This document shows positions 18,678 through 53,897 of a DNA stretch of 64,000 nucleotides, in pieces. Source of the DNA: the human T2T-CHM13v2.0 reference genome, Homo sapiens; NCBI RefSeq assembly GCF_009914755.1, contig NC_060925.1, one strand, 5' to 3'. Positions within the stretch are counted from its first letter, which is position 1. Each line of letters starts with the position of its first letter. Below the pieces are notes generated by a model that worked only from the letters and a program-made list of their open reading frames with translations, made no database searches and was not told where the DNA came from. Position numbers and translations under genes: made by a program.

Positions 18678-19234
18678 CATGGAAGGTTTTTGAGTAAAGG
18701 AGAAAGAGATTGATGCTCTAGAAAGATCAGGGTTAGGAGGTGAGACCAGAGGCCATGGAGCCTCCCCATCTCTCCCCTTGCCCCCTGCCCACTGCCCAGG
18801 CCTGAACCAGGACCCAGGTTTTGGAGATTGGGTGGAGTGAGAGAGTCTGGCACTAGAAAGCAAGCAAGGAGGGTGCTGGCTCATGTGCAGGGCTGAGAAA
18901 GGTCAGAGCAGAGCAAAGTGGCCAAGAGCATGGGCTCTGGGTTCCAGTGCCACCTCACCACCGTGTGACCCTGGACAGGTGACTTCTCTCTGAGTCTCGA
19001 TTTCTTGATGTGTTAGGTGGGTGATGATAGTGCCTGCCCTGCAGCCACCTTGTGAGTGTTTATGAGTTAATGAGCATAACGTGTGAGTGTTTATGAGTTA
19101 ATGAGTATAACATGCTCAGGGCAGAGCCGGTCTTGGTGAGGGCAGCTCTCACTGTGCCCTGCCCACTCTGCCGCCGGAGCCTAGCCCTGACGCCCTGGCA
19201 GATCCTGATCTGTTCTCTTTCCCTCCCAAAGCAG

Positions 19235-19424
19235 AGCTGGCCTGAACCTCCAGGACTTCAGCCCTTCTAGGAGAATCTGATCCCAGGTGAGGGAGGTCAC
19301 TTGGGGTGTGGCCCAGCAGGCAGGCGGGACTCCAGACTGGGAACGGAAGTCAGCCCTGCTGGGGCTGGGAGCTGAAGCATCTGTTCCTTCCTCGCGGGTG
19401 TGAGACAAGGAAGAGTGATCATTG
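19235..19424 (+). other. FBLIM1: FBLIM1 exon 2 (5'UTR)
   Basis: Pyrimidine tract plus tandem AAG/CAG (NAGNAG) acceptor at 19229-19234; TTG|GTGAGG donor at 19424; an internal alternative donor CAG|GTGAGG at 19286. Confidence 0.55.
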
Positions 19425-19722
19425 GTGAGGGCTGCCCTTTGCTCCCCTAGGTGTGCAGGTTCGGGGGAGGGGCAGTCAGGACTTTTGGGTCTCACCCCTG
19501 TGGCCAAGTTCCCTGGTGGGTCCTGTCTTCCCCAGCAGGACACCCCCACCCCTTCTCTGGCTGGGCTGGGTGCTGGACTGAGTTGTTGAGATGGTAGGGT
19601 GGCTGGCCTGTCTTTTTGGGAGGAGGGAGGCTCTCTCCTCTCGGGGGAGGGTGGCTGTGTGTCTGGGTGGCAATCCTGTGCTGTACCCCACTCTGTCCCT
19701 AGCCACACCAGGAGCTGAAGCC

Positions 19723-19972
19723 ATGGCCTCAAAGCCTGAGAAGAGGGTGGCATCGTCTGTCTTTATCACCCTGGCACCCCCGCGCCGCGATGTGGCCGTG
19801 GCGGAGGAAGTGAGGCAGGCAGTTTGTGAGGCCCGGCGTGGCCGCCCCTGGGAGGCTCCTGCCCCCATGAAGACACCCGAGGCTGGCTTGGCGGGGAGGC
19901 CCAGCCCCTGGACAACCCCTGGCAGAGCTGCAGCCACAGTGCCGGCTGCACCTATGCAGCTCTTCAATGGAG
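19723..19972 (+). CDS. FBLIM1: FBLIM1 first coding exon (MASKPEKRVASSVFITLAPP...), filamin-binding motif
   Basis: Acceptor ccctag| at 19702; strong Kozak GCCATGG; donor GAG|GTAAGA. Confidence 0.96.
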
Positions 19973-20842
19973 GTAAGAGCTGAGGGGACTTTGGGGAAGA
20001 CCACGTCAGAGGCAGAGGTGGGGAGGAAAGGGCAGGCTCCAGCGTCATTCATTCATTCATTATTCATCCTGACAAAATTCACACATCAACGGGAAACAAA
20101 AAGATGTGCCCCTTCTGGGTGGGCAAGGGAGCCCGGGAAATAGAGGCTAGATGTCAGAATTTCCGGGACATTTTCATGGGTTATTGGGATTATGGGAAGA
20201 GGATCTTGGGAGTGTGGGAACAAGATCAAACTTGCCTGGGAAGGGCTGTCCTGTCACTGGTCAGCATGGCTGGCTGGCCGTTTCGTCTGCCAATTTAATA
20301 CCCTCAAGCAGAGCACGGGGATCTTGGGGTTCAGTCTCCCTGAAGTGAGATAAGTTTTAGGTGACCAGCTTGGTCATGCGCCTGGTCTGACTGCAGGACA
20401 CAAAGGCTGGCCCCGGGCCCTGGGGATGCTGCCAGCTGCTTGAAGCCGTCTACACCGAAGGCTGCCATCTGCCATCTGCTTAGTACTTGTCCTCTCAGAG
20501 TCATCCTCGAGCGGGTCCAGGACCCCCTTTCTGCCCACCTGCCCTGTGGCCTCGGGTCCCCCTGCTTCTCTCTTGAATTCCTGCCCGCCCATCATAGCCT
20601 ATGGGCCCTGCACCGGGAGGCAGGCACTGGGAGAGGCCACAGCACTCTTACTGCCTCTCCAAGACCTGGTTCCTGACTCCGTGAGCTCATCGGAGCCTCT
20701 TTCTCTCACTTCCGCTGAGTCAGCAGCAGCATCACCCGGGCCTGTACCAACACAGTCACTGGGTCCATTCCAGCACAGCCGCAGGCTCCCACCCCAAGTA
20801 TCTCTGATTCAGCAGATCTGCCGTGGAGCCTGAGAATTTGCA

Positions 20843-21951
<1,109 letters not shown>

Positions 21952-22115
21952 TAAGGACACACAGCAAATCAGTGGCAGAGTTAGACATGGAACCCAGGCC
22001 GGGGTGATCCCGACCGGGGCCCTCAGCTTCCCTCTGTATGGCCATGTAGGTAAGTAAAACCCTCCCAGGTCCACCTGGGAGGCTCTGACCAGCCCTCTCT
22101 CCTCCCCCATTGCAG

Positions 22116-22303
22116 GATGCCCACCCCCTCCTCCTGTCCTGGATGGTGAGGACGTGCTTCCTGACCTGGACCTCCTCCCACCCCCTCCACCGCCCCCTCC
22201 AGTGCTTCTGCCTTCTGAAGAGGAGGCTCCTGCTCCAATGGGGGCCTCACTCATTGCAGACTTAGAGCAGCTGCACCTGTCCCCGCCCCCGCCCCCACCA
22301 CAG
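22116..22303 (+). CDS. FBLIM1: FBLIM1 coding exon, proline-rich region with an LPPPPP EVH1/VASP-type motif
   Basis: ttgcag| acceptor, CAG|GTACTG donor, 188 nt, frame continuous. Confidence 0.95.
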
Positions 22304-22579
22304 GTACTGCCTGCCCCCCGACCCCCAGCAATCCCTTGGTCCCCTTGGTTGGGGCACGGGGAGTCTGGGCCTTCTGGGCATTCAGGGGTTCTAAACCTGG
22401 ACTTTGTCTGGTGCATTCTTCTGCTCGGGGGCAGTCCCTCTTTGAAGCTCTCAGAAGTCCCTATTTAGGCAGGTAAAAATTGGTTAAGTGTTTCAGGGTC
22501 CCTGGAGAGGGATGCCACTGCCTCGCTGCTGCACCTGCCGCAGACACCTCCTTCAGCTCTGAGGAAGACGTTTCCCTGA

Positions 22580-22747
<168 letters not shown>

Positions 22748-23267
22748 TGAGTATCTGGGATTACAGGCACCCACACCATGCCTGGCTAATTTATTGTGCT
22801 TTTATAGAGACAGGGTTTCACCATGTTGGTCAGGCTGGTCTCAGACTACTTACCTCACGTGATCCGCATGGCTCGGCCTCCCAAAGTGCTGGAATTACAG
22901 GTTTGAGCCACTGCACCTGGCCAGGAACCTGTTTTTTAACCCTGGGCCCTTAACAGAGGCTGTGTAGAAATGGGGGGCGTCACAGGCCAAGGGCTTAGTC
23001 CACTTCAGTCCAGCATCCATGGGGAAGCCTGGTTGCAGGAGAGTCCTTCTAAGTAGGACAAGGAGCAGTGGCTGATTGAGGGACCCCAGTCAGCTGCCAC
23101 TGTGACCTTCCTGCTGAGAGACTTACGCAGGTCCCTTGCTTCCCTGGGCCTTGGTTTCCTTCTCGGTACAATGCGGCTAATTGTACCTGTTACCACCCAG
23201 ATGAGGAACAGAGCTGGGAGGGCTGCATGGGGTCCCACTGGATGACTCCCCGTCTGCATCCCCACAG

Positions 23268-23370
23268 GCCCCAGCGGAGGGACCTTCAGTCCAGCCCGGT
23301 CCCCTCAGGCCCATGGAGGAAGAGCTGCCACCTCCCCCGGCAGAACCTGTTGAGAAAGGGGCATCCACAG
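23268..23370 (+). CDS. FBLIM1: FBLIM1 coding exon (APAEGPSVQPGP...KGAST)
   Basis: cccacag| acceptor, CAG|GTAGGT donor, 103 nt. Confidence 0.94.
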
Positions 23371-23909
23371 GTAGGTGCACAGGGCTGAGAGGATACTGGG
23401 GTGATCTCATGGGGCCAGCATGGGCTTCCAGGTAGAAACCAAGAGAGTGAGGACCCCTCTTCCCATCCCCACCCCAGCTCATGTTAACAATGATGGGCTT
23501 TGTAGTTCGGCATCCATTTAATTTGTATTGCTTTAGCCTTTTTCCCTTTATACCTAAATTTTATTTAAAATGTTAGTCTGCAGTTTGCTATGATAGCAAA
23601 AATGTCTTGAATTTTTTCTCACTATTTTATTTTCTGAACACCTAATGCCCTCACACAGTGCAAAATAAACAGCATGAGTGGGGACACAGTGAGAAGCCTG
23701 CAACCTGCCCCATCCCCCTACCACCCGGTTTCCTTCCAGATGGGTGTCCTCTGTCATTGAGCTCTCATGTATCCTGCCAAAGACACTATGCACATACGAG
23801 CAAATACAAATATGTGTCCACCTGCTCCCTCCCCCCATTTTTCCATAAGTAGCAAACTAGGCTCTTCTGCTGTTCACTTTCTTTCCTTCGTACATCTCAG
23901 AGCTGGTCA

Positions 23910-24985
<1,076 letters not shown>

Positions 24986-25148
24986 TCAGATTCCTTTTTA
25001 ATGCTCCTCATGACCCTCTGTATTTGTCATTTGAGGAATTTGCAGGGTTTAAGACAGAGCCTCGGGTATCCTGAGCATGTTCTGGGTGGTGCCTGGGTAC
25101 AGTCCTCACAGGCTGGGCTGGTGATGGCCTGTGTCTCCCCTACCCCAG

Positions 25149-25318
25149 ACATCTGTGCCTTCTGCCACAAGACCGTGTTCCCCCGAGAGCTGGCTGTGGA
25201 GGCCATGAAGAGGCAGTACCATGCCCAGTGCTTCACGTGCCGCACCTGCCGCCGCCAGCTGGCTGGGCAGAGCTTCTACCAGAAGGATGGGCGACCCCTC
25301 TGCGAACCCTGCTACCAG
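25149..25318 (+). CDS. FBLIM1: FBLIM1 coding exon, LIM1 (CAFC...HAQCFTCRTC...CEPC)
   Basis: cccag| acceptor, CAG|GTAACC donor, canonical LIM Cys/His spacing. Confidence 0.96.
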
Positions 25319-25479
25319 GTAACCCCTGCAGCAGACCTCTGGGTGCCAGGCAGTGAGCTGAGCACTTAGAATATGTTGCACCATTTCATTCCCCACACAG
25401 TCCTGGGAAGTAGGCACTATTGACCCCTTTCACAGATGAGGAAACTGAGGCTCAGAAAGAAGGAGCCCAGTGAAGGCGA

Positions 25480-26560
<1,081 letters not shown>

Positions 26561-27409
26561 ACGAGGTCACACGAGATGGCCAAGGAGCTGGGATTCTACT
26601 CCACACCCATCTGGCTCTGGAGCCTGCCATCAGTCTTGCCACTATCTCCCCTAGAGTAGAGCCACAGGGTTCCAATGTTTGATCTCACGGGAATCTGTGT
26701 TGCTTCCGGGTACCAAGTGCAATCTGGGAGAGCCAGCTGGGATGCCAGCACACTGGAATTTCTAACTCTTGGATGGTTTGTGGTGGCATGTTGAGTGTGG
26801 TGACCACCCACAGCCGCATCCCCTGGGGATGTGTAGGCCACTCTTTGTGCTTATGAATGAGGAACACCTGGAAATCAGCATTTTGAATCAGTGTCTCAAG
26901 TGATTCTCATGCATATAGAAGTTTGAAAACGGCTGATTTGAAGGGTTAGAGTATTTGGAGCTGAGACTCTCCAGAAGAATCCAAACAATCCAATCCCAGG
27001 CTCACCACCAGTGAGGCACTGTGGGAAGAGAGAGGAGCCAGGCCCTCCCTGCCGTGTCCCTGTGACCCCATCAACATCATGGGGGAGTGTTCCTCAGGGG
27101 TGAGACACCGGGGGAGGAGGGGTGTCCAGCTGGAAGCAGGAAGCAGCCAGGAGGAAGACTTGAGCAGTGTGCTGGGGAGAGAAGGGCCATGCCCATGAGA
27201 GGGAGGGGGGAGTGGGAGATGCCCCCACACGTGTCCAGGTGAGGTCAAGGTAAAATGCACAGGAGCACAGCCAGGAAGGAGAGACAGCATGTCCAGGAGA
27301 AAAGGTGGAAAGGCTAGAGGGAAGCCCACTGCCCTGCCTCGGGAATCTCTTTGTCATTGCTCCTCATTCCAGAAGGAATTTGAGGCAGCTTCTATGAATG
27401 CATGTATAC

Positions 27410-28890
<1,481 letters not shown>

Positions 28891-29356
28891 TAACAACAAA
28901 AAAGCCCTATAATGGTTTCTAAACGTGAAATGTGGAATTTGGCTCTGAGCTTCCAAGTGGCCAAATGGAAAAGGGAAAGAATTTCAAGTCTTCTTGTCTG
29001 TATGATGAAAGCACCCAATTCTCCTGAGAATTCCTTTTCCTGACCCTGAGGTTTAAGCGAGGTTTCTCCTATAGCTCTGTGGACCCTGGCCATAAACATA
29101 TCCCAGTAACAAGAAATGCAGCCATAGCATCAGGGCATCAGGGCAGTATTCCTTGCTGTAAGCCAAGGATGCAAGGCTAAGCTCAATTTGTTATAAGCAA
29201 TGGTGGAGGTTTTGGGCGATAGTTACAGGTTGTCTGCAGGCCTCTCCTGTACTTCCCAGTTCCTGGGCCCCTGAGGGCAGCCTCTCAGAAGAAGACGACC
29301 CTCGTGGGTTGGGGTGGGTGTGTCGTGGATGGTTCTGGCAGTGGCCTCTGTCCTAG

Positions 29357-31037
<1,681 letters not shown>

Positions 31038-31320
31038 AGGCAGGTACGATTAAGGGTTCTGTTTTACCACCCAAGGCACACAGCAGCTAAGTACCCAAAG
31101 TCTCTCCACAGGTAAGTATTGAAGCTCTTGGTAAGTATGCACATCCCCAAGGACCTGACTTTGGGGCCCTGCTCTGAAAGCCCAGACCTCGGGGTCTGCC
31201 CTTGGAGCTGAATGATGCAGTGGGGACACACAGATAACCGCTGGACTCAATCCCTGCCCATGAGTTGCTCACCACTCAAGCGGAGAGACAGATGTGCCTC
31301 TTAAGAAAGAAAGAAGTACT

Positions 31321-39024
<7,704 letters not shown>

Positions 39025-39286
39025 TTAGTTCTCCTGACGGTGAATGTCTGTCCTCACCGGCGCCTCCACGTGGATTAAAGCCTCCATGTGTGTCTGTGTC
39101 TCATCTTCCCTTATGGAGACCTGGCCCGGGTGTTGGGAGGGCAGCAGTGAGCAGCCTCCTTCCTCCCACTTAGGAAGGGCATCCACTCATGCAGTTGGTT
39201 TATTCGGCAGATGCCAAGTGAGTCCCTCCCCTGTGCAGGCAGCGCCCAGGCCCAGGGCGGGTCAGCATGTGTCTTTGTCTCCCCAG

Positions 39287-39400
39287 GACTGCAGGATCCT
39301 CCTGTCTGTCGAGCCCACGGACCAAGGCTGCTACCCCCTGAACAACCATCTCTTCTGCAAGCCATGCCATGTGAAGCGGAGTGCTGCGGGGTGCTGCTGA
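39287..39400 (+). CDS. FBLIM1: FBLIM1 last coding exon, LIM3 C-terminal half (DCRILL...CKPCHVKRSAAGCC*)
   Basis: ccccag| acceptor, TGA at 39398-39400. Confidence 0.96.
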   Translation, partial: DCRILLSVEPTDQGCYPLNNHLFCKPCHVKRSAAGCC

Positions 39401-39774
39401 GAGTGCCCGCTGGGCAGTGAACAGACCACTAGCCCCGGCTGGGGCCCTTCCCTGACTTGGTTTCCCTTCCTAACCTGCTCTTGCACACTTTCCTTCTGAG
39501 CCTCCATGGAGACCAGCCTGCAAGCCGGCCCAGCCTGTCCAGGATACAGTGGGGCTGAGCACCCCCAGGCCTTCCACTCCTCTACCCTCTGGGCACCAGA
39601 AGGCTCCTGGACCATGAGCTTCACCCCCAGAATTCCCTGCTGACCCTGCCCCACTTCCAGGGAAAAGCTGGGGGAGGTTGGACCCCTCTCACTGACTAGC
39701 TGTCTGGTAGGGGTGCTAGGACCAGCCTCGCCTGTGGGGTTGAGCTGTTTGAGGACAAACTCCAAGGTCCCTTA

Positions 39775-40726
<952 letters not shown>

Positions 40727-41307
40727 TCAGCCTTGACTTGGGCCATGCACCCCCTCTCCCCCAAACACAAACAAGCACTTCTCCAGTATGGTGCCAGGAC
40801 AGGTGTCCCTTCAGTCCTCTGGTTATGACCTCAAGTCCTACTTGGGCCCTGCAGCCCAGCCTGTGTTGTAACCTCTGCGTCCTCAAGACCACACCTGGAA
40901 GATTCTTCTTCCCTTTGAAGGAGAATCATCATTGTTGCTTTATCACTTCTAAGACATTTTGTACGGCACGGACAAGTTAAACAGAATGTGCTTCCCTCCC
41001 TGGGGTCTCACACGCTCCCACGAGAATGCCACAGGGGCCGTGCACTGGGCAGGCTTCTCTGTAGAACCCCAGGGGCTTCGGCCCAGACCACAGCGTCTTG
41101 CCCTGAGCCTAGAGCAGGGAGTCCCGAACTTCTGCATTCACAGACCACCTCCACAATTGTTATAACCAAAGGCCTCCTGTTCTGTTATTTCACTTAAATC
41201 AACATGCTATTTTGTTTTCACTCACTTCTGACTTTAGCCTCGTGCTGAGCCGTGTATCCATGCAGTCATGTTCACGTGCTAGTTACGTTTTTCTTCTTAC
41301 ACATGAA

Positions 41308-41313
41308 AATAAA
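41308..41313 (+). terminator. FBLIM1: FBLIM1 polyadenylation signal AATAAA
   Basis: AATAAA at the end of a U-rich unique 3'UTR segment, with GT-rich sequence downstream (~41340). Confidence 0.85.
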
Positions 41314-41593
41314 TGCATAAGTGTTAGAAGCTCTTCCATGTTGTGTGTAGGCTCTCACACAGGTAAACGCTGGCGTTTGGTAGTAGCCCTGGGCATCTGC
41401 TCGCTGTGGCGGGAGTGTCCGAAGAGTGCTGGGGCTCAGCTCAGCAGATGGAGGGGCTCATTTCCTGCCTCATGCCCAGCACTGGGGCCGGCCAACTCAC
41501 TGGGTGTGCTTCTCCTGGACACAGGCCACCACTGATGGGGTTGGCTGCAGGAGCCTCAGTAGGGCTGCCAAATGCTTTAAGAATTAACACTCA

Positions 41594-44300
<2,707 letters not shown>

Positions 44301-44332
44301 AAAAAACCATATAAACAAACAACAAAAAAACC

Positions 44333-44422
44333 ATATATATGTGTGTGTGCGTATATATATGTATATGTGTGTATATACATGTCCATATATGTATATATGT
44401 ATGTATATGTGTATATATATGC

Positions 44423-44473
<51 letters not shown>
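44333..44473. repeat. Compound (TA)/(TG) microsatellite ending in a long pure (TG)n
   Basis: Direct inspection. Confidence 0.95.
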
Positions 44474-44475
<2 letters not shown>

Positions 44476-44829
44476 GCCTTGTTGTAATTCCTCATGTCCT
44501 AGCATGCTTCTGTTTGAGTGTATTTGGAGGGGTGTTACCTGGATGAAATTCTAGGAGATGCCTCTGCTTTTCGGGCTGCCCATGTAAAAATCATTCCATT
44601 CCATAAGGGGATGCTTCTAGGGAGCACTCAATAGTGTGTATTCACCTCCCCCACCCCAACCCTCCCAACCAACCTTCATTCTTCTTTTCATTCCTCTTTT
44701 CATCCTTTTCTCTGCTCTCACTTGGAGGGCGCCTGCCACATGTAGGCACAATCAGAACACCCCAGGCAAAGATGATTTCCCTTCCCTTTGGGTACACTTA
44801 CTGGCAAAGATAAAATATATTCTCTAGAT

Positions 44830-46760
<1,931 letters not shown>

Positions 46761-46968
46761 TATATAATACATCTATCTATGCATCTAAACCAGATGCTGC
46801 GAGACAGGAAGAGGAGCTGGTGAAGGCATGCAGTGCTGGAAGGGTCCTGAGGGGGACGGTCCCTGCCTAGGGTCCCCTGCGCAGCCTGGGAAGGCTGGCC
46901 ACTGCTGTCTGCAGATGAGCTGGTTGTCCCGGCTGTCCTGGACTCCCTAAAGGCAGGTGCGCACACAA

Positions 46969-46982
46969 CCACTAGAGGGCAG
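46969..46982 (+). promoter_or_regulatory. CTCF motif CCACTAGAGGGCAG
   Basis: Full match to the core consensus CCASYAGRKGGCRS in unique sequence. Confidence 0.65.
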
Positions 46983-47137
46983 CATGGGCTGGCGAACGGG
47001 GAGCCCGGGCATGAATGATTTCAGGGTTCACACGGGTCCTCAACTTCTCCAAACTGCAAGAGGGGAAGGGTCATTCCGGCCCACGCACCACGCAGGGTGG
47101 CAGTGAGGCTGAGAGGAGAGAACAGATTGCAAAACTA

Positions 47138-48117
<980 letters not shown>

Positions 48118-48260
48118 AGTGTCCAGCCTGGGCAATGTGGAGAAACTCCATCTCTACTAAAAATAGAAAAATTAGGCAGGGCCAGGCGCAGTGGCTCATG
48201 CCTGTAATCCCAGCACTTTGGGAGGCCGAGGCGGGTGGATCACCTGATGTCAGGAGTTCA

Positions 48261-48552
<292 letters not shown>

Positions 48553-49610
48553 TCACCTGAGCCTGGGATGCAGAGGTTGAAGTAAGCTGAGATCGCACCA
48601 CGCCACTGCCCTCCAGCCTGGGCCACAGAGCGAGACCCTCTCTCCAAAACAAAACAAAACAAAAAACTAGAAAGTGAGTGATATGGCTGTGGAATTGCTG
48701 CCTCTGTCCTAGAGACACGCCCTTTTGGAGGGCGACCTGTGTCAGCAGACTGAATTCTTCATTGGCTCAAACCCCCACCTGCTAGGAGGGGCCCACCTGG
48801 AAGTCCCCATGCTGCTACCCTGCAATTCCATACCTGGGAACCTGGGCACAGTAAGCACAGAATCAGAGCTGGGACAAAGGACAGCATGGTGCACTGGGAG
48901 CCCTGAGCCTTTCTGATGGTCACCCTGTCCCCAGAGGCCCCTTTCCCGAGGGCACACCCAGGTGTGAACTTCACCCAGCACAGGCCACAGGCCAGCCCCT
49001 CCAGGGCAACCCAAGCCCCTCCCTACCCTGCTAGAGAGACAAATGGTGGGAACCGGGAATTGAATGGGGGGATGGGGAGAGGGGAGGAGGCTGAGCTGAT
49101 GAGGAAGAATTGCAGGGACTGAGAACATTTTCCAAAAAATGTTCTCCTCACTTTAATGTACAGTTTATGTAACAAAATAATCTATGAAGTAGCAATTTTG
49201 ACATTGCCAAAGAGGAGGAAGCTGCACATCAGAGAGCTGGTATAACTGCACAAGGCCGCACAGCAGAGACAGGATCAAAGCAGGTCCAGTGAAAATTCTA
49301 TAGTCCTCCACTACAGACCCACTTCAGAAATCCATATTCTAGAATGTTTCAGAACCCATCGTGTAACACAGGTGCCAATGTCCAACTGAAAAAACCTTTA
49401 ATGTCTGGAGCTCTGCATCTCTGCATCTTTTTTTTTTTTGAGACACAGTCTCACTCTGTTGCCCAGGCTGGAGTACAGTGGTGCAAATACAGCTCACTGC
49501 AGCTTTGATGATGTCCTGGGCTCAAGCAGTCCTCCTACCTCAGCTTCCCAAGTAGCTGGGACCCCAAGCATGCACCACCACACCTGACTAATTTTTTAAA
49601 TTTTTTGTAA

Positions 49611-49886
<276 letters not shown>

Positions 49887-50317
49887 TAAGAGGGGGAGTT
49901 TAGACTGCAGGCCTCTTGCTTGCAAGTGACATATAATTTTCCCAATCCATCCAGAAAGGTCCTTGTATCCTGTATGACTCATACTAATTCTCAGAGAGTG
50001 AGCATCAGATTAGAGAGACTCTGGAGTGTACCCTGCTCATAACCTTCCTTCTGCAGAAAAAAATGTATGTGATTCAGTGGAAAATAATGCACTATCTACA
50101 CCCAGCACACCCTTCCTGGTTATCAGATTCTAGCCTTTTATTGTCTTTGAGCGACTTTACAGCTCTGTAAATTATAGGTAAATGATATATTGCCCTGTCT
50201 AGTAGAGGTTCTCCCTCGCTTTCTTGTTGAAAAACCAGTTTTCATTTGCACATTCATTTCAATATTCCTGACCTATGAACGTGACTGTTCTTAGCTGTCC
50301 CCCCTTTTTTTTTTTGA

Positions 50318-50455
<138 letters not shown>

Positions 50456-51654
50456 TGATGCCCAGCTAATTTTTGTATTTTTAGTAGAGACGGGGTTTCA
50501 CCATGTTGGCCAGACTGGTCTTGAACTCCTGACCTCAGGCAATCCACCTGCCTCGGCCTCCCAAAGTGCTGGGATTACAGGCGTGAGCCACTGTGCCCGG
50601 CCCTTAGCTGCCCTTTTGAGCTGGTTATAACATCACCTGGCTCCCTTATGAGTTAAATAAAATGGCTAATACCTATTCATTTTCTATCTGTGTGGGAGTC
50701 ATGATTTTACCTTCTTTTGAAAATGAAAATGACCTTGCAACGCTTCCTTCATCAGGTGTTTATGACAGCTCCTTTAGGCCAGAGGAGGTGGTGGGGTCCC
50801 TTGCAGGGCATCCCATGAGGTGGAATTAAGAGCAGCTGGCCGGTGGCCTCTGTTCCCCAGAGTGGTCTCTGAATGGGAAGGGAGGGGAGGGGAGGAGGAA
50901 GACAGGAGGGAGGGGTTCTGCCCAGTGGATGGGATAAGGTCTTAGCAAGACCTAGATTCTCGGGCTGGGTGAAGTGGCTCATGTCTATAATCCCAGCAAT
51001 TTGGGAGCCGAGGCAGGAGGATCACTTGAGCCCAGGAGTTCTATTTCAGCCTGGGCAATAGAGTGAGACCCCATCTCTACAAAAAAAAACAAAAAACAAA
51101 AAACAAAAAAAAAACTAGATTCTCTCTCTGGTTAAGCTCCTAGCCAGCTATTTGACCTTGAGACACAATGTCTTTAAGTTTTGAGGGTGAGGAAGGGTGT
51201 CAAAAACTGACATTTATTTCCTGAGCTCTTGTCTGTCTTGTCTGGGGTGAGGCTGGAGAGGTGGGATGATTGACTACGCTGAACAGGAAGCTAGGTTTCA
51301 GGAGTTAGGCAGCCTGCCTGGGATCGAGACTCCTTGATGAGGATACTGACAGTAATAACAACAGCAGCAGCTACCATTTCGTGGGCATGCATATGCCCAT
51401 ATGTATTATCTCATTTAGTTCCCACTGCTGCCTGGAAGGAAGGAATGATCTATGATCCCATCGTTCACACAGGGAGACGAAGGCTCAAGGTCACACCACA
51501 TAGATTCCAGCTCTATATTTAGCCAAGTCCTAAACCCTTTATTCCACTGCCTTAGCCTCCTAGATGAGACAGGGCAATCCCTTGGCCACTGAATTGCTTT
51601 TTTCCTCACCTACAAAACAAAGAGAATTATTACCTTGATCATACACGTAAAGGA

Positions 51655-52460
<806 letters not shown>

Positions 52461-52790
52461 CTTATCTAACAAACTAACGGGATAAAGGGGAAAGTCTTTG
52501 AGCCTGAGCTCCTGGATGCCCTGCCTCTCACTGATGACGTAAGAACAAGGGGGTGAGAGGAGGCCATCACACACTCTTCTGCCAACAGGAAAGTCGGGCT
52601 GAGAGGGTAGTCATGTCTGGACAAGGGGGAGGGGCCTACTGACTGAGAAGATGGCAAGAGAAGAGGAGTGGGGGACCTGACCCAATATCTATAGCATGTG
52701 GGAGACAAGTGCCAAGTAGGAAGAGGATGGTGAGGGGTCTCAGAAGATCAGAGTGACCTTCACCCAGTGTGAGTGGTAATTTTTTTCCTT

Positions 52791-52980
52791 CCCACCTTCA
52801 TCCTCCTCCTCGCAGAGGTGATCAGATGTTTGCAGGTGCCTGCTTGTGTTTACAAGTAGGTCTTGGAAGATAAGAGAGGCAGTGGGAGGGGTGGGAAAGC
52901 CCTGTTCTGGCAGTCAGGACACCCAGGGCTTGGCCACTAACCAGCTGTGTGAGCTCGGCCGGTCTCACACCCTCTCTGGG
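52791..52980 (+). repeat. Left arm of a 190-bp inverted duplication
   Basis: Reverse complement of 54753-54942 with 2 mismatches. Confidence 0.95.
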
Positions 52981-53038
52981 TTATGGATTCCTGAGGAATC
53001 CATAAACACGCAAGGATTCCTCAGGAAAACACAATACG

Positions 53039-53897
<859 letters not shown>

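Noticed and set aside
39392-39400. C-terminal Cys-Cys of migfilin as a Rab-type prenylation signal
   Set aside because: Rab geranylgeranylation requires REP recognition of the Rab fold; a CC end alone is insufficient
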